A stretch of 64,000 bases of DNA, taken from Octopus sinensis (Eukaryota). This document shows, one piece after another, positions 52,305-63,052 of the stretch; within the stretch, counting starts at the first letter, position 1, and every line of letters begins with the position of its first letter. The notes beneath the pieces were generated by a model. The model ran no database searches, was not told where the DNA came from, and worked only from the letters and a program-made list of their open reading frames with translations. Both the position numbers and the translations under genes were made by a program. Location of the stretch: NCBI RefSeq assembly GCF_006345805.1, contig NC_043002.1, positions 99,944,001 through 100,008,000 on the forward strand, in the 5' to 3' direction.

Positions 52305-52842
52305 ACAGCGAACTGGCAGAAACGTTAGCACGCCGGGCGAAATGTATAACGGTATTTCGTCTGTCGTCATGTTCTGAATTCAAATTCCACCGAGGTCGAC
52401 TTTGCCTTTCATAGTTTCGGGATCGATTAAATAAGTACCAGTTACGCAGTGGGGTAGATATAATCGATTTAATCGGTTTGTCTGTCCTTGTTTGTCCTCT
52501 CTGTGTTTAGCCCCTTGTGGGTAGTAAAGAAATGGGTATTTCGTCCGACATCACGTTCTGTGTTCAAACGTCACCAGGGTCGACTTTGCCTTTCGGGGTC
52601 GATAAATTGAGTATCAGTTACGCTCTGGGGGTCGCTGTAATTTACTGCCCCCCCCCCAAAGGTGGCGAGCAGGCAGAATCGTTATCACGTTCTGAATTCA
52701 AATTCCACCGAGGTCGACTTTGCCTTTCATCGTTACGGGGGTCGATAAATTAAGTACCAGTTGCGTACTGGGGTCGATCTAATCGACTTCACCCCGCTCC
52801 GCAAAAATTTCGGGCCTTGTGCCTAGAATAGAAAAGAATAAT
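52305..52842 (+). mobile_element. Multimeric SINE family C (three body units)
   Basis: 15-bp TSD TGATC(T/G)AAAACAATG at 52290-52304 and 52843-52857. Confidence 0.88.
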
Positions 52843-53420
52843 TGATCGAAAACAATGTGTTAGGTCCACGATCGCTGAACTAACTAGAAGTAGGCGACAA
52901 CCCCCGCTCAAACGTGATCCGGACGTCAATCTTTACGGCGATGTGATCCTCTAAACGAAATTCGAGAGCAGAATGATGCTTGTTGGAATATTTTTTATAT
53001 ATAATTTCGTTAGACCAGACTGAGCTGAGGCACGATTTTATGGTAAGATATGTGATCCCTTAAATTCTCATTGACGCGATTATTTTTTTTTATTTCATTA
53101 TTTGCCTGATGAATGTGTAAATTATACTTCTTTTCTCGGTCTATTTTAAGTTCATTGATTGCAATCATAGCAGGAAAAAGCATACAAAATCCATTCATCT
53201 ATATTCTTTTGTCACTACATGCAAAATTAATTATAGGTTTTAAGTTTCTATATTCATAATACGTCCATTATTTTTTTTTATATGAGGAGGCATTTTCTGT
53301 AGTATCTCTAGTCTGAGTGGATTTTGTAGGTAGCAAATGTGCGCAAGCCTCGCACGCGCGCATGTGTTTGTATAATGTATATGTGATATATAATGTATAT
53401 GTGATATACGTGATGTATAT

Positions 53421-53452
53421 GCGCATGGCTCTGTGGTAAGAAGCTTGCTTCC
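53421..53452 (+). mobile_element. Isolated 5' part of a SINE family A head, directly fused to Gag-only element copy 2
   Basis: GCGCATGGCTCTGTGGTAAGAAGCTTGCTTCC. Confidence 0.8.
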
Positions 53453-55290
53453 TCACATGCACGTTGAGTTGACTTGACTTCTTGACATTGAACAGTGAGG
53501 ACGTGAGCTTTGAGCTCCGTCCTAAAAAGAAGAAAAGTAAGACCAAAGGAAGTCCGTCGAAGTAAGTGATTTTGTTTGTTTTGAACTGGGCATAATTTAT
53601 TGTGTGAATTATTTTTTCAGTAATTGTGCCCAGCTCTGGGACAATTTCGCCTGCTCTCGGCGGCTATTGTGTTATTTTTGCTTGTTTAGCAAAAGAAAAA
53701 GCGTTGGGGGCGTATCCGCCCGAAGACATAAAATTTTGTTCCAGTTGCTGTTGCTGTCAGCTGTGGCCCGTATTCGTGGTTTTTTACCATTTAAAAGTTC
53801 CTGTCACGAAGTTCCAGTTGGACTGGTGTACTTGTTGGTCAGGATTGTCGTTTTTGCTGTGTAGAATTGTTTTCTTCTATATTTTTTGCTCCAACTTTTC
53901 TTTTGTTTTTGGACTTTCTTAGACTGTTTTTGTTTTTCTTTGAACATTTGTGAACTTTTAACACATGGCAAAAAAGAATGAAGCCACTGTCTTGGAGTGG
54001 GTGATTTTCCCGCCCAAGGAGTGGTTAAAAGACTTTAATAATAGAACGGTGGTGCTTTGTACCTATTCTAGGTCACTCGGCGCCCATCGTTCAATTTGAT
54101 AAAGAAACTATAAAAAAAGAGTGGGCAGAATATCTGCCATCTGTAAAATTCATCGGTCGGGGGACCAAATTTGCAACGGTCTGGTTGCTGCTTGGTACCT
54201 CCGAGGAAGCTGGTACATTTGCCAGCAAGGCCCCTGAGGGGAACAAGATTTTGTTCCTCCCCACTTACTGTGGGAGGAAGATAAGGAGAGCCTGGGTGTG
54301 CGGGTTGCCCATGGACACGGAGGTGAGATGGATCGAAGATACCATCCGGCAAGACCTGAGGGATAGCGGACTCAAGCTATTGAGTATGAATATATCTCCT
54401 GTGGTCGACTGGGAGGGGTCAAAGGCAACATTGACCCGGTGGCCGTGAGAAATATGATATTCCCAGACTTCCTAAAAGTGGCCAGGTACAAGTACCCGCT
54501 GATACTTAAGGGACGCCCCTCTTCCAATGTCATCTGTGCCTGGAGCCTAGCCATATCAGGAAGAACTGTCCCAAGGGCCGTGGTAAAGCCCTGGAGCACA
54601 AAAAAAAGAAAAAGTGCCTGCCGCCCTCTCTTTGGAGAGGGAGACGGTGGAAGTCGTGGAGGAAGATGCCTCCAAGAAAAGAAAAAGAAAGATGAGCAAC
54701 AATGGTTGCTCCCCAAAAATGTACAGGCTGCGGAGGATGGTAGCGACCGCCTTCGTCTGCCGACGCAGCCCCCTGCGCCCGCATCCACAAAAAAAAAGAG
54801 GAAAAAGAGGAGCAGGGGACGGTCGGCTGATGTTCCTGGGCCGCCGACAGAACCGCAAGTGGGATGTGTGCCACCAGCGGATGAGGCACCATCAGTGGGA
54901 AGTGTGCCTCTGAGAGAGCTGTTAGAGATCTCTTCCCGTGAGGAGGAGGAGGTGTTTGTCCTCCTTTAGCACGTGGGAGGGACTGTGAGTGAATTTTTGG
55001 ACGGTCTGGCCGACCGAGGCCGTGCGTACTCGGGCTGCACAAGTAGTCCAATATGGCCTCCGCATGTGGCTGCGGAGGTAATAACATAAATTGTCAAAGC
55101 GACCTTTGACAAGAAAGATTTGTCTTCCTCTTCGCAGGCCCCGACCTGTCGATGCAGCATTGGGAGAGACACAGTAAAACTAAAACTCAGCTCTGCCACT
55201 CTGCATCTAGTGGGGCTTCGTGAATGTGACTGCAGAAATGGAACTTACAGTTGTGAGCCCAACACCGCTAGGCTACGCTCTTGACACAAC
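53453..55290 (+). mobile_element. ORF1(Gag)-only element, copy 2 (3' end uncertain)
   Basis: ~510-bp T-rich 5' UTR, then an ORF homologous to copy 1 along its whole length. No EN or RT. No right-hand TSD found. Confidence 0.8.
53965..55284 (+). pseudogene. Frameshifted Gag/ORF1-like protein homologous to 11809-12975
   Basis: MAKKNEATVLEWVIFPPKEWLKDFNNRTVVLCTYSRSL / IVQFDKETIKKEWAEYLPSVKFIGRGTKFATVWLLLGTSEEAGTFAS..ILFLPTYCGRKIRRAWVCGLP / PDFLKVARYKYPLILKGRP / CHLCLEPSHIRKNCP (CCHC) / SKKRKRKMSNNG / FVLL*HVGGTV..RG..CTSSPIWPPHVAAEV. Confidence 0.85.
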
Positions 55291-55361
55291 TATTTTCTAG
55301 TAATAACAAATAGATTAATGATGTATATAACAGATGAATTATAGTTATGTATCTAGCAGTA

Positions 55362-55760
55362 AGGAGGTGAGCTGACAAAACCGTTAGCACGTCAGACAAG
55401 ATGTTTAACGGCATTTCATTTGCCATCACGTACTAAGTTCAAATTTTTCCAGGGCTGACATTGCCTTTCATCTTTTCAGAGTCGATAGAATATGTATCAA
55501 TTGAACATTGGCGTCGATGTAATCCTCTAAAATTACTCGTCTTGTACCAAAATTTGAGACCAATATATCTAGCAGTTTCAACTTCCAGTCACATAAATTA
55601 GCAGCAATTTGGCAGAATCATTAGTGAATCAAATGGAATAACCATTCGGTATTTGTTCACCCTCATTGAATCCAAAGCTCAAATCCTGCCGAGGTAAACT
55701 TACAGCATTCGTAGTCGAGTAATTAAATACCAGTTCGGAGCAGTCGCTACACAGAATGGG
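55362..55760 (+). mobile_element. Two decayed SINE family C copies
   Basis: AAGGAGGTGAGCTGACAAAACCGTTAGCAC..AAGTTCAAATT..TTGCCTTTCATC and GGCAGAATCATTAG..CTCAAATCCTGCCGAGGT. Confidence 0.65.
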
Positions 55761-56764
55761 TAAAATGTTGAAGGAGGTCTTTTCTTGTATCCCTTTCAGT
55801 ACAAATTGCTCCGTGGCTACGGTTAATACACCAACCATAAGCCTACATCTAATTATGAAAGCTAGTATGAAGTGAAGGATTATGCCTACCTGCCACTAAT
55901 CTCAAACCCTGGTAATAGCATAGGTGTTGTAATTTCAAAATGCATTTAAGTATGCACATGTGTAATAAATCTTCCTTATTTCAAATGGGACGTTGTAGCA
56001 GTTCGTATATATTCATACATTTGCTTTTATTTCTAATCCATCTCCGTTGTGGAATAGCATGATATTATTAATATTCAGTAGATAGCAGTCATCGAATATA
56101 TTTCACTTATCAATGTAGTATTTGCATTCTGTACAGGCAAATACTAAGAGTGAATGTGTGTGTTCTGATGAATTCTTTGTATGCATGCATACATTCATTG
56201 TTCGCAACATATTGTAATTCTTTTCCGTTGGTTTCAAACTGTGAAATAATTCATACAGGAATAGTAGCTGACCCCATTATTTCAGATTTGTGCCTGTCAC
56301 CTAACGAAATTATACCGCTGTTTCCATTCACCCTTCAGATAATGGTACTCTCTGTTTAGAATAACTCAAGAAATACATATTAAACAATATTTTTCACAGC
56401 CGAATGTATAAACCGTATACTTGTTTATATGTTAAGGTAGCTTTATTAATAAGGTTATATTTAAAAAGAAAAGAAACGTCCTTTTAAAGTACTCTTAATC
56501 AAAAATTCTGAATTACTATTAAAAATATGTATCTATAACTGATAACCGATAGTATATTCGATGTGATAGTTCGGCATTATTTTTGTTACTTCTATCTTTA
56601 ATAACTACTATATAATTTCGTTTGAACCGAAACGTAACAGAAACTCTTTATTTGGGAAATTGTTGCATTGGACGACATTTGCTTGCTTTTTGTTTTAATA
56701 TACATTGTGATTGTAACCAACTTCGGTCATGAATGACCATGGAATTGCACCTAGAAATTTACCC

Positions 56765-57202
56765 TCCGAGGTACAAGTCTAGGCAAGGTTGTTTATGGAA
56801 GACCAGCAGTCGCCCACGCATACCAGCCTCCCCTGTCCACGCCACCGATGTTATGCAAGTGAAAGGCAAAGGCGGATACAGCTTGGCACCATTGACGTCG
56901 CAGCTCATTTTATTAACGTGCAAGTGGCTGAGCACTCCACAGACACGTAGTTCTCGCGGAGATTCAGCGCGACACAGAGTCTGGCCCTTTAAAATACAGG
57001 TACAACAGAAACAGGAAGAAAGAGTGAGAGAATAGTGTGGTGAAAGAGTACAATAGGGTTCACCACCATCCCCTGTGGGAGCCTCGTGGAGCTTTAGGTG
57101 TTTTCCCTCAATAAACACTCGCAATGCCCGGTGTGGGAATCGAAATCGCGATCCTACGACCGCGAGTCCGCTGCCCTAACCACTGGGCCATTGCGCCTCC
57201 AC
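56765..57202 (-). mobile_element. SINE family B with a fourth tail type
   Basis: Head and body as at 51038, but diverging after CACTTGCACGTTAAT into ..GGTGCCAAGCTGTATC..CTTCCATAAACAACCTTGCC. Confidence 0.88.
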
Positions 57203-57895
57203 TTTAATATACATATGAATTAGTAAACAATAACGTCTTGGTCACAGATTTCCAATGCTTAGTCTCTGGTTCGCAACATTTTGCTGTGATTGACTTAAAA
57301 TGTGTTCAGTAGATAGCTACAGATACCAACAACATAAAGGACATTCAAGTCTTGACGAACAAAAAATATTGGTGAATTACACGCACGTGTGCACACACAC
57401 ACACACACATACATAATTTCAAGGTTTTCACGTCTTTTTTTTGTGTGCTGGTGTCTTTGGAGGATTGCTTTGCAGCGGTTTTTTTTTTATTTAACGAGAG
57501 TTAAATAGTTGGAAAATGTTTTATTCAGACCTAAGTGGTTCTGAGTTGTCCTCTTCGGAGGAGAAACCGGTAATGGCTGAGGATAGAATGAACAAATGCT
57601 TGGAAACGAAAAGTTTTGCAGAAGTGACAGAAGTTAAATGGAAAGAGGTAGAGTTGTCGAACATGAAAAGATATCAAAAGATATCAAAAGATGGCTCGTA
57701 GAGTTGGTGGTGACATGAAGCTCTCACCACCACAAAAGGTAATGGATGACATGGTTAAGAGGGCCATTGGGTACAAAGTCTACTCGGTAGAAGAAAGAAA
57801 AAGATTGAACACTTGGAAGCCGAAATAATTGAGAAGGCGTTGTGGGCGTTGTGGAGGAATATAGCGTTTTGTGCAAGATGAAACATGTACGGTAC

Positions 57896-58252
57896 TTAGT
57901 TAGTTAGTTAGTTAATTTGGCTCAAAAGCAAATAGCAAGGCCATGTAGGGGGACATGGAGTTAAGTACAGGGTGGTGTTCATGTAAAGAGTTCAGGCCAC
58001 TTGAGGTCCAGGGAGGCTTTGAACAAAGCGGTCGTCGGCATCTTCACCATCTCGTCTGGCAGCTTGTTCCACGGATCCGCAACCCGGACGGAGAAAGCTC
58101 CGCTCCTTCGATTGAGATGAAATCGTCGCAGGTAGAGCTTTTCGGAATGACCCCGCAGCCGACGCTCTGGAGCAGGAGTGAAGAACAGCTCTTTCGAGAG
58201 GTTACACTTTCCGCTTGTGATGTTGTGGGCGAGAATGAGATCACCACGGCGG
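57896..58252 (-). mobile_element. CR1-clade LINE 3' stub with (CTAA)n tail
   Basis: RRRGDLILAHNI..FF..RLRGHSEKLY..FSVRVADPWNKLPDEMV..FKASLD is the typical CR1 ORF2 C-terminus. The tail appears as TTAGTTAGTTAGTTAG on the plus strand. Confidence 0.88.
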
Positions 58253-58919
58253 CGGTGGTACAATTCAGAACGGAGGAAGCAGCGAAGAGAATTGCCGTAA
58301 ACGCGGTGAAGTCAAACAAAGTGATCCTTCTACTTACTTATAACTGTAGAAGTACTTCCAAGATTAAGGTAGAAGGAATCCCTCCGCATATAGATGTGGA
58401 TTGGGTTGCGGCGGCTGTCCTCCTAGCAAGTAAGGAGGAAGTAGCCGTCCTTGAGGCCACAGAAAGAGAAGGGTCAACGTTGAAGGGTAAAACGTTAGAC
58501 CTCATTATACAGGCCGAGTTAGAAACCAACCCTGGAATGTTTGGCAGTGACATCATTTTCAGAGTGTGGGTAGAGGGCAGAACACCTCGTTGTTTTAAAT
58601 GTGTCCAAAAGGCCACATTAGAGCATACTGCCCCCTCTACAAAAGCAAAATCTAGAAAAAGCTGAAAAGGGGTTAGAGAAGAAGAAAGAGGTGATGCAGG
58701 AGGAAGAAAAGAAAAAGGATGAACTGTTGACAGTGGCTGAGGGAAGAAGGGACACTGTGAAGTAGGACCCCAAACCACACCCACACCCTGTCAGACCCAC
58801 GCTCTTCATACATACACCGAACCCACACATTTCTTCCCTACACAATCTAAAACAAGAAAAAACAAATACAACAAAACACACAAAATTCCCATCCCCATGA
58901 AACTAGTGACGTATGTTTA

Positions 58920-59267
58920 TTGAGGGATAAGGAGAACAAGGAACTGATTTGTAAGACAACAGAATGGAAAACAGGAAAATTTGTGAACGTTGAAGGATAT
59001 ACAAATATAGTAGGTGGCACCATGTGTGTGCCATTTTCGGAGAAACAAAATGGAAGAAGTAAAGAAATATTAAAAAAAATAAGATACACATATTGGAAAA
59101 TTTATGCAGACTTAAAAAGGACAACGGACAATATGGGTTATAAGGAACTGTTAAGAAAACATGGCCTGGACGTGTTAAAAGGACTCCCAGGAAAAAAGGA
59201 AGTGATGCTGTATGAGGTGGGGCAAGCAGCTCATTTTCATTATTCATTTTCATATCATTCATGTTAA
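58920..59267 (+). other. Open 115-codon frame, the probable C-terminal domain of the copy 3 ORF; function unknown
   Basis: Stop-free frame LRDKENKELICKTTEW...GLDVLKGLPGKKEVMLYEV inside element copy 3, after a T/P-rich linker. No true ATG. Confidence 0.45.
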
Positions 59268-59949
59268 CATACGTTTAATTTTTATTTTACAGTTTTATCT
59301 ATTTTCTCGTGTTATGTGTCCCCACATGTATTTGTATTGTCCCCTCTATATATTTGTCCTTTGTGGACAATAAAGAAACACACACAGATATTGACAATTG
59401 TTTTTATGTCTCGTTATATAAAAAAAAAAACAAGCCACAATCCTCTTTATATATGATTTGCAAAATCACATCTAGATATTTATTTTCACAAGCGATCGGG
59501 AGGTTTTGAAACTGAGACGCAACTACAAAGTCACTAATAACATTATCTGTTAAAATAATATATGTTTCTGAATTTGCATTTTTTTCTGCTTCTGTTTCAT
59601 TGAAACCTACACAGAGTTCTTGTACGAAAATTATTCTTGTTATATCAAGATAATATTTATGTTTTTATGCTCGTAGGCATCTTACGTCATTTGTGTTGTA
59701 TATCGAAATGTGTGTGTACAGTGAAGGGTTATACAGGCTTCTGAGTACGCGCGTGTGAGTAAATATGCTGTTGTGTATGTCAATGCTTATAGGGTGTTCT
59801 AAGTCTTTTTGATTTCGTTACATAATGGAAATCAAATAAAAAGTTTTTGGAGGCCTTCGCATGGCAAGTATAAAAGCCTTTATCAAAAATTCAGACAAAA
59901 TGTTTGAGAAAACTCAGGGACTCTGTTTTATTAACCGTATTTGAATATA

Positions 59950-60548
59950 TATTTCTTTATTGCCCACAAGGGGCTAAATACAGAGGGGACAAACAAGGAC
60001 AGGCAAACGGATTAAGTCGATTATATCGACCCCAGTGCGTAACTGGTACTTAATTTATCAACCCCGAAAGGATGAAAGGCAAAGTCGACCTCGGTGGAAT
60101 TTGAACTCAGAACATGAAGACAGACGAAATACCTATTTCTTTACTACCCACAAGGGGATAAACACAGAGGGGACAAACAAGGACAGACAAACGGATTAAG
60201 TCGATTATATCGACCCCAGTGCGTAACTGGTACATATTTAATCGAGCCCAAAAGGATAAAAGGCATAGTCGACCTCGGCGGAATTTGAACTCAGAACGTA
60301 GCGGCAGACGAAATACTTATTTCTTTACTACCCACAAGGGAATAAACACACAGGGCTAAACAAGGACAGGCAAACGGATTAAGTCGATTATATCGACCCC
60401 CAGTGCGTAACTGGTACTTAATTTATCAACCCCGAAAGGATGAAAGGCAAAGTCGACCTCGGCGGAATTTGAACTCAGAACGTAACGGTAGACGAAATAC
60501 GGCTAAGCATTTCACCCGGCGTGCGAACGTTTCTGCCAGCTCACCGCC
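59950..60548 (-). mobile_element. Multimeric SINE family C: one head plus three ~180-bp tandem units
   Basis: Perfect 23-bp TSD TTTATTAACCGTATTTGAATATA at 59927-59949 and 60549-60571. Confidence 0.93.
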
Positions 60549-61353
60549 TTTATTAACCGTATTTGAATATAACGAAATCACGAATAACAGTTTTAAAAAA
60601 TATATTCTCGAAGCATTAGCATAGGTTTTCTGAAATCTTAAATTATACTCTTAAAATACCACGGTACACCTAGATCTCACTTTTCATGCGCGGCTTTTCG
60701 ACCGCTGATATTGTTTAGCCCCATGTCAATCAAAATCCAAAATCCAGCCGAGTTATTACCAAGTCATTCAAATTCCTGTCCGTTTTCGTACGCTTTTTCT
60801 TGGCTACTACTACTTTTAGTAATCAGAGCGACCTCGAGAGCAAATCTTATGCAATTTCCAGCGCGTGTTTGTGTGTGTGCGTGTACACAAGAGTGTGCGT
60901 GTGTGGTTATGTTAGCTCCGATTTAACAGATTTATTGCCAAAAACAAGACCAACATATTTCCTCTTCGAGTTGTAGGCTGCCATTATCCAAAGTAACCTT
61001 CCTGTTTAAGACAGTGATGTCTAAATTGAGATATGCTGGTACTTTTTTTCTAGCGGGTTGGAAATATAGAATGTCCGATATCAGATCACAGTATCATATG
61101 ATCATATATCCATGTTCCTCATTGTGTAAGCCGTTGTTTGCTTTTCCTTTGGGTTCTATTCTATTCTCATTCACACACATGTATATATGTAGGATAAGAG
61201 AAGTTAGAGAAGGAACGTATCTAGACAATCAATACAAATTCCAAAGCATAATTTAAAGCACACAGCGAAATAAATATACAAATAAATATAAATAAAATAA
61301 TTTAAAGCACATTTAATTATATAAGAAAATTTAACTTTATACATGTATGCATA

Positions 61354-61405
<52 letters not shown>

Positions 61406-61970
61406 CGCTCACACACACATACATTCATAAGCTCAATATATATGTATGTAGGTGTTCACTCCCGTATGCATAGGTATTCAGAAACGTGCATGTGTATGCA
61501 CGTTTATTACGTATATATCGGTGTTGAAAATCGTTTTTGTGTGATTACTGCTATATATATGGACGGAACTGCAATACAACGAGGTGGCCAAATGAATAGT
61601 GATCTATCTTCATTGTTTAACATCGTTGAAACCAAGTATATGAACGCAATATTTTGCGAGTAGTACAATTTTAAGGGATTTCTTTCTCCGAATAGTCCAG
61701 TTTGCAGCATGCCAGGTTAAGATAGTGATTTTGCCAACAATCTGTCCGGTAGTGCTATTCACTGCCATATTCGACTATCCAGGTCGACTATACCAAGTCG
61801 ACAATTTCTACAACAAATTGTCATTTCACTCTGCTCAGATACTTTCAGTCTTGCTCCATTCCACTATCGCTTTCACACCCAGTATTCACCACGACTAGCG
61901 TGCATGCACACAAATATACACATTAGATACATACATATGTGGATAAACGAGTATACGCACTCGTCTTAGC

Positions 61971-62006
<36 letters not shown>

Positions 62007-62010
<4 letters not shown>

Positions 62011-62196
62011 AACGAAAAAGACAACGCGAGGACATGGTACATGCAAAGTATTAACAGTCGCTCAGGGAAGGAAAGAAAGCGTATCTTACGTTTCGAGCAA
62101 AGACCTTCTTCAGAAACAGGAGACAGAAGAAAGTGCCAGAGAAAAGCATGACGAAGGAAAAGAATCGCCAACAATCTACATGTAGTTACATTTTGT

Positions 62197-62200
<4 letters not shown>
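62007..62200 (-). mobile_element. Short Penelope-type pseudo-LTR-like element between (TA)n tracts, with a minimal hammerhead motif
   Basis: Reverse complement of 62082-62118: TGTTT-CTGAAGA-A-GGTCTTTGCTC-GAAA-CGTA-AGATA. Confidence 0.55.
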
Positions 62201-62244
<44 letters not shown>

Positions 62245-62823
62245 ATCGTTTCCGTCACAATACATCACAGTGAATGGTATTATTTGATCAACAAAATACC
62301 TTCCTCTTGGATTAGTGTGCAAGTGGCTGACTATTCTACAGGCACATGTAATTCTTAGCGTAATCTTCAGACAGAATCAACGTTACGTCGTGTGACGAGG
62401 CCGGATCTTATGTGTTTGCAGGTACAGTCTATTAGAAGACCTTCTGCACAGTTTTCGTCAGCCTATTTTTTCATTTAGAGGGCTTGGGTCGACGCAACAT
62501 TATGACATTTGTACAATATGGGACGAAGCTGTTACCTCGTGATTTCGATGAGAATTTAACTATCCAACCATTTATACGTACTTTTAGATACATATACATG
62601 AATCGTAGCACATACAGTTTATATACCTTGTATGCATATAGTGTATAAGTGAAGGAGTGTAAAACTCATAATCATAAGTTCGCGGTTTCGATCTTTGTAT
62701 CAAGTTGCGTGTCGTCTTTTTAAGCAATGTACTATTTTTCCTGTTGCACCATAGTAGTCAACTAAAATGAAGTACTAACCGATTACTCCTACGATACTCT
62801 ATTTCTCCAGCTGTTATAATACC

Positions 62824-63052
62824 TATTTCTTTATTACCCACAAGGGGCTAAACACAGAGGGGACAAACAAGGACAGACATAGGTATTAAGTTGATTACAT
62901 CGACCCCAGTGCGTAACTGGTACTTAATTTATCGACCCCGAAAGGATGAAAGGCAAAGTCGACCTCGGCGGAATTTGAACTCACAACGTAACGCAGACGA
63001 AATACCGCTAAGCATTTCGTTTGGCGTGCTAACGTTTCTGCCAGCTCGCCGC
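62824..63052 (-). mobile_element. Monomeric SINE family C
   Basis: 13-bp TSD CTGTTATAATACC at 62811-62823 and 63053-63065. Confidence 0.92.

Larger units (their letters stand above)
57410..59377 (+). mobile_element. Divergent ORF1(Gag)-only element, copy 3, in an (AC)n tract and interrupted by a CR1 stub
   Basis: MKLSPPQKVMDDMVKRAIGYKVYS..R*NMYGT|AVVQFRTEEAAKRIA..ILLLTYN..KIKVEGIPPHIDVDW..GRTPRCFKC.QKGHIRAYCP (1-nt frameshift). Ends AATAAAGA. Candidate TSD ACACACACA at 57401-57409 and 59378-59386. Confidence 0.72.

Noticed and set aside
57955-58665. 236-aa ORF as an intact gene
   Set aside because: It is a chimera of antisense CR1 sequence and the middle of a frameshifted Gag-like ORF.
59950-60548. 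Regular ~180-bp repeats resembling a CRISPR array or satellite
   Set aside because: There are no unique spacers, the units are SINE bodies inside one TSD, and the context is eukaryotic.
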